Assembly (NCBI GenBank): GCA_964057225.1 | Contig: OZ059896.1 | Span: 2,108,001-2,172,000 of the forward strand | Direction: 5' to 3' | DNA from: Auanema rhodensis | Taxonomy: Eukaryota > Animalia > Nematoda | DNA: 64,000 nt | Shown: in pieces, positions 42,001-56,800 of the stretch | How the letters are laid out: each line of letters begins with the position of its first letter | Position numbering within the stretch: position 1 is the first letter of the stretch | Notes under the pieces: model-generated | What the model was told of the DNA's origin: nothing | The model's input: the letters and a program-made list of their open reading frames with translations, nothing else | Database searches by the model: none | Program-made: the position numbers and the translations under genes

Positions 42001-45000
42001 CTTATATAGGTTCACACTTATATCCTCGATTTTCACCGTGAAGAATTAATTTTTTTGTTGAATGACAATGTCCATCGTCTTTGTCTTGAAAAAAGGAATC
42101 TAAAAACATCTACTTTTTGTAAATTTATTCTGAAATTTTTCGGGAAAATGTTTGTCAAAATGTTTTTGGAAGCAATGTTGAGTGTACATGGAAACTCAAC
42201 ATACACTAATGCATCATTTTTCAAACAATCATAACTAATTTTTGTATTGAGCGTTTCTTAATGTAGTATAGTACATTCGATGCGGATTTTTAAGCTGCGT
42301 CGATCTGTGTTATCAGATTTGCGCTAGCTTAAAAATGAACCGAGATATCAACTGATATAGGTTCACACTTATATCCTCGATTTTCACCCTGAAGATTTAA
42401 TTTTTTCGTTGAATAACATTGTCTATCGTCTTTGTCTTGAAAAAAGGAATCTAAAAACATCTACTTTTTGTGAAATTATTTTGAAATTTTTCGGGAAAAT
42501 TTTTGTCAAAATGTTTTTGGAAGCATTGTTGAGTGTACATGGAAACTCAACATACACTAATGCATCATTTTTCAAACGATCATAACTAATTTTTGTATTG
42601 AGCGTTTCTCCATGTAGTATAGTGCATTCGATGCGGATTTTTAAGCTGCGTCGATCTGTGTTATCAGATTTGCGCTAGCTTGAAAATGCACCGAGATATC
42701 AACTGATATAGGTTCACACTTATATCCTCGATTTTCACCGTGAAGAATTAATTTTTTTGTTGAATAACAATGTCCATCGTCTTTGTCTTTAAAAAAGGAA
42801 TCTAAAAACATCTACTTTTTGTGAAATTATCTTGAAATTTTTCGGGAAAATTTTTGTCAAAATGTTTCTGGAAGCAATGTTGAGTGTACATGGAAACTCA
42901 ACATACACTAATGCATCATTTTTCAAACGATCATAACTAATTTTTGTATTGAGCGTTTCTCCATGTAGTATAGTGCATTCGATGTGGATTTTTAAGCTGC
43001 GTCGATCTGTGTTATCAGATTTGCGCTAGCTTAAAAATGAACCGAGATATCAACTGATATAGGTTCACACTTATATCCTCGATTTTCACCGTGAAGAATT
43101 AATTTTTTTGTTGAATAACAATGTCCATCGTCTTTGTCTTGAAAAAAGGAATCTAAAAACATCTACTTTTTGTGAAATTATCTTGAAATTTTTCGGGAAA
43201 ATTTTTGTCAAAATGTTTCTGGAAGCAATGTTGAGTGTACATGGAAACTCAACATACACTAATGCATCATTTTTCAAACGATCATAACTAACTTTTGTAT
43301 TGAGTGTTTCCCAATGTAGTATAGTGCATTCGATGTGGATTTTTAAGCTGCGTCGATCTGTGTTATCAGATTTGCGCTAGCTTAAAAATGCACCGAGATA
43401 TCAACTGATATAAGTTCACACTTATATCCTCGATTTTCACCCTGAAGAATTAATTTTTTTGTTGAATAACAATGTCCATCGTCTTTGTCTTGAAAAAAGG
43501 AATCTAAAAACATCTACTTTTTGTGAAATTATTTTGAAATTTTTCGGGAAAATTTTTGTCAAAATGTTTTTGGAAGCAATGTTGAGTGTACATGGAAACT
43601 CAACATACACTAATGCATCATTTTTCAAACGATCATAACTAATTTTTGTATTGAGTGTTTCCCAATGTAGTATAGTGCATTCGATGTGGATTTTTAAGCC
43701 TCGTCGATCTGTGTTATCAGATTTGCGCTAGCTTAAAAATGCACCGAGATATCAACTGATATAAGTTCACACTTATATCCTCGATTTTCACCCTGAAGAA
43801 TTAATTTTTTTGTTGAATAACAATGTCCATCGTCTTTGTCTTGAAAAAAGGAATCTAAAAACATCTACTTTTTGTGAAATTATTTTGAAATTTTTCGGGA
43901 AAATTTTTGTCAAAATGTTTTTGGAAGCAATGTTGAGTGTACATGGAAACTCAACATACACTAATGCATCATTTTTCAAACGATCATAACTAATTTTTGT
44001 ATTGAGTGTTTCCCAATGTAGTATAGTGCATTCGATGCGGATTTTTAAGCTGCGTCGATCTGTGTTATCAGATTTGCGCTAGCTTAAAAATGAACCGAGA
44101 TATCAACTGATATAGGTTCACACTTATATCCTCGATTTTCACCCTGAAGATTTAATTTTTTCGTTGAATAACATTGTCCATCGTCTTTGTCTTGAAAAAA
44201 GGAATCTAAGAACATCTACTTTTTGTGAAATTATTTTGAAATTTTTCGGGAAAATTTTTGTCAAAATGTTTTTGGAAGCATTGTTGAGTGTACATGGAAA
44301 CTCAACATACACTAATGCATCATTTTTCAAACGATCATAACTAATTTTTGTATTGAGCGTTTCTCCATGTAGTATAGTGCATTCGATGCGGATTTTTAAG
44401 CTGCGTCGATCTGTGTTATCAGATTTGCGCTAGCTTGAAAATGCACCGAGATATCAACTGATATAGGTTCACACTTATATCCTCGATTTTCACCGTGAAG
44501 AATTAATTTTTTTGTTGAATAACAATGTCCATCGTCTTTGTCTTGAAAAAAGGAATCTAAAAACATCTACTTTTTGTGAAATTATTTTGAAATTTTTCGG
44601 GAAAATTTTTGTCAAAATGTTTTTGGAAGCAATGTTGAGTGTACATGGAAACTCAACATACACTAATGCATCATTTTTCAAACGATCATAACTAATTTTT
44701 GTATTGAGCGTTGCTTAATGTAGTATAGTGCATTCGATGCGGATTTTTAAGCTGCGTCGATCTGTGTTATCAGATTTGCGCTAGCTTAAAAATGCACCGA
44801 GATATCAACTGATATAGGTTCACACTTATATCCTCGATTTTCACTGTGAAGAATTAATTTTTTTGTTGAATGACAATGTCCATCGTCTTTGTCTTGAAAA
44901 AAGAAATCTAAAAACATCTACTTTTTGTAAAATTATTTTGAAATTTTTCGGGAAAGATTTTGTCAAAATGTTTTTGGAAGCAATGTTGTGTGTACATGGA

Positions 45001-46244
45001 AACTCAACATACACTAATGCATCATTTTTCAAACGATCATAACTAATTTTTGTATTGAGCGTTTCTTAATGTAGTATAGTGCATTCGATGCGGATTTTTA
45101 AGCTGCGTCGATCTGTGTTATCAGATTTGCGCTAGCTTAAAAATGAACCGAGATATCAACTTATATAGGTTCACACTTATATCCTCGATTTTCACCGTGA
45201 AGAATTAATTTTTTTGTTGAATGACAATGTCCATCGTCTTTGTCTTGAAAAAAGGAATCTAAAAACATCTACTTTTTGTAAATTTATTCTGAAATTTTTC
45301 GGGAAAATGTTTGTCAAAATGTTTTTGGAAGCAATGTTGTGTGTACATGGAAACTCAACATACACTAATGCATCATTTTTCAAACGATCATAACTAATTT
45401 TTGTATTGAGCGTTTCCTAATGTAGTATAGTGCATTCGATGCGGATTTTTAAGCTGCGTCGATCTGTGTTATCAGATTTGCGCTAGCTTAAAAATGAACC
45501 GAGATATCAACTGATATAGGTTCACACTTATATCCTCGATTTTCACTGTGAAGAATTAATTTTTTTGTTGAATGACAATGTCCATCGTCTTTGTCTTGAA
45601 AAAAGAAATCTAAAAACATCTACTTTTTGTAAAATTATTTTGAAATTTTTCGGGAAAGATTTTGTCAAAATGTTTTTGGAAGCAATGTTGTGTGTACATG
45701 GAAACTCAACATACACTAATGCATCATTTTTCAAACGATCATAACTAATTTTTGTATTGAGCGTTTCCTAATGTAGTATAGTGCATTCGATGTGGATTTT
45801 TAAGCTGCGTCGATCTGTGTTATCAGATTTGCGCTAGCTTAAAAATGCACCGAGATATCAACTGATATAAGTTCACACTTATATCCTCGATTTTCACCCT
45901 GAAGAATTAATTTTTTTGTTGAATAACAATGTCCATCGTCTTTGTCTTGAAAAAAGGAATCTAAAAACATCTACTTTTTGTGAAATTATTTTGAAATTTT
46001 TCGGGAAAATTTTTGTCAAAATGTTTTTGGAAGCAATGTTGAGTGTACATGGAAACTCAACATACACTAATGCATCATTTTTCAAACGATCATAACTAAT
46101 TTTTGTATTGAGTGTTTCCCAATGTAGTATAGTGCATTCGATGCGGATTTTTAAGCTGCGTCGATCTGTGTTATCAGATTTGCGCTAGCTTAAAAATGAA
46201 CCGAGATATCAACTGATATAGGTTCACACTTATATCCTCGATTT

Positions 46245-49200
46245 TCACCCTGAAGATTTAATTTTTTCGTTGAATAACATTGTCCATCGTCTTTGTCTTG
46301 AAAAAAGGAATCTAAGAACATCTACTTTTTGTGAAATTATTTTGAAATTTTTCGGGAAATTTTTTGTCAAAATGTTTTTGGAAGCATTGTTGAGTGTACA
46401 TGGAAACTCAACATACACTAATGCATCATTTTTCAAACGATCATAACTAATTTTTGTATTGAGCGTTTCTCCATGTAGTATAGTGCATTCGATGCGGATT
46501 TTTAAGCTGCGTCGATCTGTGTTATCAGATTTGCGCTAGCTTGAAAATGCACCGAGATATCAACTGATATAGGTTCACACTTATATCCTCGATTTTCACC
46601 GTGAAGAATTAATTTTTTTGTTGAATAACAATGTCCATCGTCTTTGTCTTGAAAAAAGGAATCTAAAAACATCTACTTTTTGTGAAATTATTTTGAAATT
46701 TTTCGGGAAAATTTTTGTCAAAATGTTTTTGGAAGCAATGTTGAGTGTACATGGAAACTCAACATACACTAATGCATCATTTTTCAAACGATCATAACTA
46801 ATTTTTGTATTGAGCGTTGCTTAATGTAGTATAGTGCATTCGATGCGGATTTTTAAGCTGCGTCGATCTGTGTTATCAGATTTGCGCTAGCTTAAAAATG
46901 CACCGAGATATCAACTGATATAGGTTCACACTTATATCCTCGATTTTCACTGTGAAGAATTAATTTTTTTGTTGAATGACAATGTCCATCGTCTTTGTCT
47001 TGAAAAAAGAAATCTAAAAACATCTACTTTTTGTAAAATTATTTTGAAATTTTTCGGGAAAATTTTTGTCAAAATGTTTTTGGAAGCAATGTTGTGTGTA
47101 CATGGAAACTCAACATACACTAATGCATCATTTTTCAAACGATCATAACTAATTTTTGTATTGAGCGTTTCTTAATGTAGTATAGTGCATTCGATGCGGA
47201 TTTTTAAGCTGCGTCGATCTGTGTTATCAGATTTGCGCTAGCCTAAAAATGAACCGAGATATCAACTTATATAGGTTCACACTTATATCCTCGATTTTCA
47301 CCGTGAAGAATTAATTTTTTTGTTGAATGACAATGTCCATCGTCTTTGTCTTGAAAAAAGGAATCTAAAAACATCTACTTTTTGTAAATTTATTCTGAAA
47401 TTTTTCGGGAAAATGTTTGTCAAAATGTTTTTGGAAGCAATGTTGAGTGTACATGGAAACTCAACATACACTAATGCATCATTTTTCAAACAATCATAAC
47501 TAATTTTTGTATTGAGCGTTTCTTAATGTAGTATAGTACATTCGATGCGGATTTTTAAGCTGCGTCGATCTGTGTTATCAGATTTGCGCTAGCTTAAAAA
47601 TGAACCGAGATATCAACTGATATAGGTTCACACTTATATCCTCGATTTTCACCCTGAAGATTTAATTTTTTCGTTGAATAACATTGTCCATCGTCTTTGT
47701 CTTGAAAAAAGGAATCTAAAAACATCTACTTTTTGTGAAATTATTTTGAAATTTTTCGGGAAAATTTTTGTCAAAATGTTTTTGGAAGCATTGTTGAGTG
47801 TACATGGAAACTCAACATACACTAATGCATCATTTTTCAAACGATCATAACTAATTTTTGTATTGCGCGTTTCTCCATGTAGTATAGTGCATTCGATGCG
47901 GATTTTTAAGCTGCGTCGATCTGTGTTATCAGATTTGCGCTAGCTTGAAAATGCACCGAGATATCAACTGATATAGGTTCACACTTATATCCTCGATTTT
48001 CACCGTGAAGAATTAATTTTTTTGTTGAATAACAATGTCCATCGTCTTTGTCTTGAAAAAAGGAATCTAAAAACATCTACTTTTTGTGAAATTATCTTGA
48101 AATTTTTCGGGAAAATTTTTGTCAAAATGTTTCTGGAAGCAATGTTGAGTGTACATGGAAACTCAACATACACTAATGCATCATTTTTCAAACGATCATA
48201 ACTAATTTTTGTATTGAGCGTTGCTCAATGTAGTATAGTGCATTCGATGTGGATTTTTAAGCTGCGTCGATCTGTGTTATCAGATTTGCGCTAGCTTGAA
48301 AATGCACCGAGATATCAACTGATATAGGTTCACACTTATATCCTCGATTTTCACCGTGAAGAATTAATTTTTTCGTTGAATAACAATGTCCATCGTCTTT
48401 GTCTTGGAAAAAGGAATCTAAAAACATCTACTTTTTGTAAATTTATTCTGAAATTTTTCGGGAAAATGTTTGTCAAAATGTTTTTGGAAGCAATGTTGAG
48501 TGTACATGGAAACTCAACATACACTAATGCATCATTTTTCAAACGATCATAACTAATTTTTGTATTGAGCGTTGCTTAATGTAGTATAGTGCATTCGATG
48601 CGGATTTTTAAGCTGCGTCGATCTGTGTTATCAGATTTGCGCTTGCTTAAAAATGCACCGAGATATCAACTGATATAGGTTCACACTTATATCCTCGATT
48701 TTCACCGTGAAGAATTAATTTTTTTGTTGAATGACAATGTCCATCGTCTTTGTCTTGAAAAAAGAAATCTGAAAACATCTACTTTTTGTAAAATTATTTT
48801 GAAATTTTTCGGGAAAATTTTTGTCAAAATGTTTTTGGAAGCAATGTTGTGTGTACATGGAAACTCAACATACACTAATGCATCATTTTTCAAACGATCA
48901 TAACTAATTTTTGTATTGAGCGTTTCTTAATGTAGTATAGTGCATTCGATGCGGATGTTTAAGCTGCGTCGATCTGTGTTATCAGATTTGCGCTAGCTTA
49001 AAAATGAACCGAGATATCAACTGATATAGGTTCACACTTATATCCTCGATTTTCACCCTGAAGATTTAATTTTTTCGTTGAATAACATTGTCCATCGTCT
49101 TTGTCTTGAAAAAAGGAATCTAAGAACATCTACTTTTTGTGAAATTATTTTGAAATTTTTCGGGAAAATTTTTGTCAAAATGTTTTTGGAAGCATTGTTG

Positions 49201-50807
49201 AGTGTACATGGAAACTCAACATACACTAATGCATCATTTTTCAAACGATCATAACTAATTTTTGTGTTGAGCGTTTCTCCATGTAGTATAGTGCATTCGA
49301 TGCGGATTTTTAAGCTGCGTCGATCTGTGTTATCAGATTTGCGCTAGCTTGAAAATGCACCGAGATATCAACTGATATAGGTTCACACTTATATCCTCGA
49401 TTTTCACCGTGAAGAATTAATTTTTTTGTTGAATAACAATGTCCATCGTCTTTGTCTTGAAAAAAGGAATCTAAAAACATCTACTTTTTGTGAAATTATT
49501 TTGAAATTTTTCGGGAAAATTTTTGTCAAAATGTTTTTGGAAGCAATGTTGAGTGTACATGGAAACTCAACATACACTAATGCATCATTTTTCAAACGAT
49601 CATAACTAATTTTTGTATTGAGCGTTGCTTAATGTAGTATAGTGCATTCCATGCGGATTTTTGAGCTGCGTCGATCTGTGTTATCAGATTTGCGCTAGCT
49701 TAAAAATGCACCGAGATATCAACTGATATAGGTTCACACTTATATCCTCGATTTTCACTGTGAAGAATTAATTTTTTTGTTGAATGACAATGTCCATCGT
49801 CTTTGTCTTGAAAAAAGAAATCTAAAAACATCTACTTTTTGTAAAATTATTTTGAAATTTTTCGGGAAAATTTTTGTCAAAATGTTTTTGGAAGCAATGT
49901 TGTGTGTACATGGAAACTCAACATACACTAATGCATCATTTTTCAAACGATCATAACTAATTTTTGTATTGAGCGTTTCTTAATGTAGTATAGTGCATTC
50001 GATGCGGATTTTTAAGCTGCGTCGATCTGTGTTATCAGATTTGCGCTAGCTTAAAAATGAACCGAGATATCAACTTATATAGGTTCACACTTATATCCTC
50101 GATTTTCACCGTGAAGAATTAATTTTTTTGTTGAATGACAATGTCCATCGTCTTTGTCTTGAAAAAAGGAATCTAAAAACATCTACTTTTTGTAAATTTA
50201 TTCTGAAATTTTTCGGGAAAATGTTTGTCAAAATGTTTTTGGAAGCAATGTTGAGTGTACATGGAAACTCAACATACACTAATGCATCATTTTTCAAACA
50301 ATCATAACTAATTTTTGTATTAAGCGTTTCTTAATGTAGTATAGTACATTCGATGCGGATTTTTAAGCTGCGTCGATCTGTGTTATCAGATTTGCGCTAG
50401 CTTGAAAATGAACCGAGATATCAACTGATATAGGTTCACACTTATATCCTCGATTTTCACCCTGAAGATTTAATTTTTTCGTTGAATAACATTGTCTATC
50501 GTCTTTGTCTTGAAAAAAGGAATCTAAAAACATCTACTTTTTGTGAAATTATTTTGAAATTTTTCGGGAAAATTTTTGTCAAAATGTTTTTGGAAGCAAT
50601 GTTGAGTGTACATGGAAACTCAACATACACTAATGCATCATTTTTCAAACGATCATAACTAATTTTTGTATTAAGCGTTTCTTAATGTAGTATAGTACAT
50701 TCGATGCGGATTTTTAAGCTGCGTCGATCTGTGTTATCAGATTTGCGCTAGCTTAAAAATGAACCGAGATATCAACTGATATAGGTTCACACTTATATCC
50801 TCGATTT
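46245..50807. repeat. 8-monomer (2808 bp) higher-order unit of Sat-B, ~1.6 tandem copies, with a related block at 39225-42032
   Basis: The variant order starting at 46245 restarts at 49053 (DVLR variant, +2808). The eight monomers from 39225 match those from 48000 (+8775 = 25 monomers), including the gtctat SNP at monomers 41682 and 50457. Confidence 0.75.
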
Positions 50808-53800
50808 TCACCCTGAAGATTTAATTTTTTCGTTGAATAACATTGTCCATCGTCTTTGTCTTGAAAAAAGGAATCTAAAAACATCTACTTTTTGTAAATT
50901 TATTCTGAAATTTTTCGGGAAAATGTTTGTCAAAATGTTTTTGGAAGCAATGTTGAGTGTACATGGAAACTCAACATACACTAATGCATCATTTTTCAAA
51001 CAATCATAACTAATTTTTGTATTGAGCGTTTCTTAATGTAGTATAGTACATTCGATGCGGATTTTTAAGCTGCGTCGATCTGTGTTATCAGATTTGCGCT
51101 AGCTTAAAAATGAACCGAGATATCAACTGATATAGGTTCACACTTATATCCTCGATTTTCACCCTGAAGATTTAATTTTTTCGTTGAATAACATTGTCCA
51201 TCGTCTTTGTCTTGAAAAAAGGAATCTAAAAACATCTACTTTTTGTGAAATTATTTTGAAATTTTTCGGGAAAATTTTTGTCAAAATGTTTTTGGAAGCA
51301 TTGTTGAGTGTACATGGAAACTCAACATACACTAATGCATCATTTTTCAAACGATCATAACTAATTTTTGTATTGAGCGTTTCTCCATGTAGTATAGTGC
51401 ATTCGATGCGGATTTTTAAGCTGCGTCGATCTGTGTTATCAGATTTGCGCTAGCTTGAAAATGCACCGAGATATCAACTGATATAGGTTCACACTTATAT
51501 CCTCGATTTTCACCGTGAAGAATTAATTTTTTTGTTGAATGACAATGTCCATCGTCTTTGTCTTGAAAAAAGGAATCTAAAAACATCTACTTTTTGTAAA
51601 TTTATTCTGAAATTTTTCGGGAAAATGTTTGTCAAAATGTTTTTGGAAGCAATGTTGAGTGTACATGGAAACTCAACATACACTAATGCATCATTTTTCA
51701 AACAATCATAACTAATTTTTGTATTGAGCGTTTCTTAATGTAGTATAGTACATTCGATGCGGATTTTTAAGTTGCGTCGATCTGTGTTATCAGATTTGCG
51801 CTAGCTTAAAAATGAACCGAGATATCAACTGATATAGGTTCACACTTATATCCTCGATTTTCACCCTGAAGATTTAATTTTTTCGTTGAATAACATTGTC
51901 CATCGTCTTTGTCTTGAAAAAAGAAATCTAAAAACATCTACTTTTTGTGAAATTATTTTGAAATTTTTCGGGAAAATTTTTGTCAAAATGTTTTTGGAAG
52001 CATTGTTGAGTGTACATGGAAACTCAACATACACTAATGCATCATTTTTCAAACGATCATAACTAATTTTTGTATTGAGCGTTGCTTAATGTAGTATAGT
52101 GCATTCGATGCGGATTTTTAAGCTGCGTCGATCTGTGTTATCAGATTTGCGCTAGCTTAAAAATGCACCGAGATATCAACTGATATAAGTTCACACTTAT
52201 ATCCTCGATTTTCACCCTGAAGAATTAATTTTTTTGTTGAATAACAATGTCCATCGTCTTTGTCTTGAAAAAAGGAATCTAAAAACATCTACTTTTTGTG
52301 AAATTATCTTGAAATTTTTCGGGAAAATTTTTGTCAAAATGTTTCTGGAAGCAATGTTGAGTGTACATGGAAACTCAACATACACTAATGCATCATTTTT
52401 CAAACGATCATAACTAATTTTTGTATTGAGCGTTTCTTAATGTAGTATAGTACATTCGATGCGGATTTTTAAGTTGCGTCGATCTGTGTTATCAGATTTG
52501 CGCTAGCTTAAAAATGAACCGAGATATCAACTGATATAGGTTCACACTTATATCCTCGATTTTCACCCTGAAGATTTAATTTTTTCGTTGAATAACATTG
52601 TCTATCGTCTTTGTCTTGAAAAAAGGAATCTAAAAACATCTACTTTTTGTGAAATTATTTTGAAATTTTTCGGGAAAATTTTTGTCAAAATGTTTTTGGA
52701 AGCATTGTTGAGTGTACATGGAAACTCAACATACACTAATGCATCATTTTTCAAACGATCATAACTAATTTTTGTATTGAGCGTTGCTTAATGTAGTATA
52801 GTGCATTCGATGCGGATTTTTAAGCTGCGTCGATCTGTGTTATCAGATTTGCGCTAGCTTAAAAATGCACCGAGATATCAACTGATATAAGTTCACACTT
52901 ATATCCTCGATTTTCACCCTGAAGAATTAATTTTTTTGTTGAATAACAATGTCCATCGTCTTTGTCTTGAAAAAAGGAATCTAAAAACATCTACTTTTTG
53001 TGAAATTATCTTGAAATTTTTCGGGAAAATTTTTGTCAAAATGTTTCTGGAAGCAATGTTGAGTGTACATGGAAACTCAACATACACTAATGCATCATTT
53101 TTCAAACGATCATAACTAATTTTTGTATTGAGCGTTTCTTAATGTAGTATAGTACATTCGATGCGGATTTTTAAGTTGCGTCGATCTGTGTTATCAGATT
53201 TGCGCTAGCTTAAAAATGAACCGAGATATCAACTGATATAGGTTCACACTTATATCCTCGATTTTCACCCTGAAGATTTAATTTTTTCGTTGAATAACAT
53301 TGTCTATCGTCTTTGTCTTGAAAAAAGGAATCTAAAAACATCTACTTTTTGTGAAATTATTTTGAAATTTTTCGGGAAAATTTTTGTCAAAATGTTTTTG
53401 GAAGCATTGTTGAGTGTACATGGAAACTCAACATACACTAATGCATCATTTTTCAAACGATCATAACTAATTTTTGTATTGAGCGTTTCTCCATGTAGTA
53501 TAGTGCATTCGATGCGGATTTTTAAGCTGCGTCGATCTGTGTTATCAGATTTGCGCTAGCTTGAAAATGCACCGAGATATCAACTGATATAGGTTCACAC
53601 TTATATCCTCGATTTTCACCGTGAAGAATTAATTTTTTTGTTGAATGACAATGTCCATCGTCTTTGTCTTGAAAAAAGGAATCTAAAAACATCTACTTTT
53701 TGTAAATTTATTCTGAAATTTTTCGGGAAAATGTTTGTCAAAATGTTTTTGGAAGCAATGTTGAGTGTACATGGAAACTCAACATACACTAATGCATCAT

Positions 53801-56800
53801 TTTTCAAACAATCATAACTAATTTTTGTATTGAGCGTTTCTTAATGTAGTATAGTACATTCGATGCGGATTTTTAAGCTGCGTCGATCTGTGTTATCAGA
53901 TTTGCGCTAGCTTAAAAATGAACCGAGATATCAACTGATATAGGTTCACACTTATATCCTCGATTTTCACCCTGAAGATTTAATTTTTTCGTTGAATAAC
54001 ATTGTCCATCGTCTTTGTCTTGAAAAAAGGAATCTAAAAACATCTACTTTTTGTGAAATTATTTTGAAATTTTTCGGGAAAATTTTTGTCAAAATGTTTT
54101 TGGAAGCATTGTTGAGTGTACATGGAAACTCAACATACACTAATGCATCATTTTTCAAACGATCATAACTAATTTTTGTATTGAGCGTTTCTCCATGTAG
54201 TATAGTGCATTCGATGCGGATTTTTAAGCTGCGTCGATCTGTGTTATCAGATTTGCGCTAGCTTGAAAATGCACCGAGATATCAACTGATATAGGTTCAC
54301 ACTTATATCCTCGATTTTCACCGTGAAGAATTAATTTTTTTGTTGAATGACAATGTCCATCGTCTTTGTCTTGAAAAAAGGAATCTAAAAACATCTACTT
54401 TTTGTAAATTTATTCTGAAATTTTTCGGGAAAATGTTTGTCAAAATGTTTTTGGAAGCAATGTTGAGTGTACATGGAAACTCAACATACACTAATGCATC
54501 ATTTTTCAAACAATCATAACTAATTTTTGTATTGAGCGTTTCTTAATGTAGTATAGTACATTCGATGCGGATTTTTAAGTTGCGTCGATCTGTGTTATCA
54601 GATTTGCGCTAGCTTAAAAATGAACCGAGATATCAACTGATATAGGTTCACACTTATATCCTCGATTTTCACCCTGAAGATTTAATTTTTTCGTTGAATA
54701 ACATTGTCCATCGTCTTTGTCTTGAAAAAAGGAATCTAAAAACATCTACTTTTTGTGAAATTATTTTGAAATTTTTCGGGAAAATTTTTGTCAAAATGTT
54801 TTTGGAAGCATTGTTGAGTGTACATGGAAACTCAACATACACTAATGCATCATTTTTCAAACGATCATAACTAATTTTTGTATTGAGCGTTGCTTAATGT
54901 AGTATAGTGCATTCGATGCGGATTTTTAAGCTGCGTCGATCTGTGTTATCAGATTTGCGCTAGCTTAAAAATGCACCGAGAAATCAACTGATATAAGTTC
55001 ACACTTATATCCTCGATTTTCACCCTGAAGAATTAATTTTTTTGTTGAATAACAATGTCCATCGTCTTTGTCTTGAAAAAAAGAATCTAAAAACATCTAC
55101 TTTTTGTGAAATTATCTTGAAATTTTTCGGGAAAATTTTTGTCAAAATGTTTCTGGAAGCAATGTTGAGTGTACATGGAAACTCAACATACACTAATGCA
55201 TCATTTTTCAAACGATCATAACTAATTTTTGTATTGAGCGTTTCTCCATGTAGTATAGTACATTCGATGCGGATTTTTAAGCTGCGTCGATCTGTGTAAT
55301 CAGATTTGCGCTAGCTTAAAAATGAACCGAGATATCAACTGATATAGGTTCACACTTATATCCTCGATTTTCACCGTGAAGAATTAATTTTTTCGTTGAA
55401 TAACAATGTCCATCGTCTTTGTCTTGGAAAAAGGAATCTAAAAACATCTACTTTTTGTAAATTTATTCTGAAATTTTTCGGGAAAATGTTTGTCAAAATG
55501 TTTTTGGAAGCAATGTTGAGTGTACATGGAAACTCAACATACACTAATGCATCATTTTTCAAACAATCATAACTAATTTTTGTATTGAGCGTTTCTTAAT
55601 GTAGTATAGTACATTCGATGCGGATTTTTAAGCTGCGTCGATCTGTGTTATCAGATTTGCGCTAGCTTAAAAATGAACCGAGATATCAACTGATATAGGT
55701 TCACACTTATATCCTCGATTTTCACCCTGAAGATTTAATTTTTTCGTTGAATAACATTGTCCATCGTCTTTGTCTTGAAAAAAGGAATCTAAAAACATCT
55801 ACTTTTTGTGAAATTATTTTGAAATTTTTCGGGAAAATTTTTGTCAAAATGTTTTTGGAAGCATTGTTGAGTGTACATGGAAACTCAACATACACTAATG
55901 CATCATTTTTCAAACGATCATAACTAATTTTTGTATTGAGCGTTTCTCCATGTAGTATAGTGCATTCGATGCGGATTTTTAAGCTGCGTCGATCTGTGTT
56001 ATCAGATTTGCGCTAGCTTGAAAATGCACCGAGATATCAACTGATATAGGTTCACACTTATATCCTCGATTTTCACCGTGAAGAATTAATTTTTTTGTTG
56101 AATAACAATGTCCATCGTCTTTGTCTTGAAAAAAGGAATCTAAAAACATCTACTTTTTGTGAAATTATCTTGAAATTTTTCGGGAAAATTTTTGTCAAAA
56201 TGTTTCTGGAAGCAATGTTGAGTGTACATGGAAACTCAACATACACTAATGCATCATTTTTCAAACGATCATAACTAATTTTTGTATTGAGCGTTTCTCC
56301 ATGTAGTATAGTGCATTCGATGTGGATTTTTAAGCTGCGTCGATCTGTGTTATCAGATTTGCGCTAGCTTGAAAATGCACCGAGATATCAACTGATATAG
56401 GTTCACACTTATATCCTCGATTTTCACCGTGAAGAATTAATTTTTTCGTTGAATAACAATGTCCATCGTCTTTGTCTTGGAAAAAGGAATCTAAAAACAT
56501 CTAGTTTTTGTAAATTTATTCTGAAATTTTTCGGGAAAATGTTTGTCAAAATGTTTTTGGAAGCAATGTTGAGTGTACATGGAAACTCAACATACACTAA
56601 TGCATCATTTTTCAAACGATCATAACTAATTTTTGTATTGAGCGTTGCTTAATGTAGTATAGTGCATTCGATGCGGATTTTTAAGCTGCGTCGATCTGTG
56701 TTATTAGATTTGCGCTAGCTTAAAAATGCACCGAGATATCAACTGATATAGGTTCACACTTATATCCTCGATTTTCACCGTGAAGAATTAATTTTTTTGT

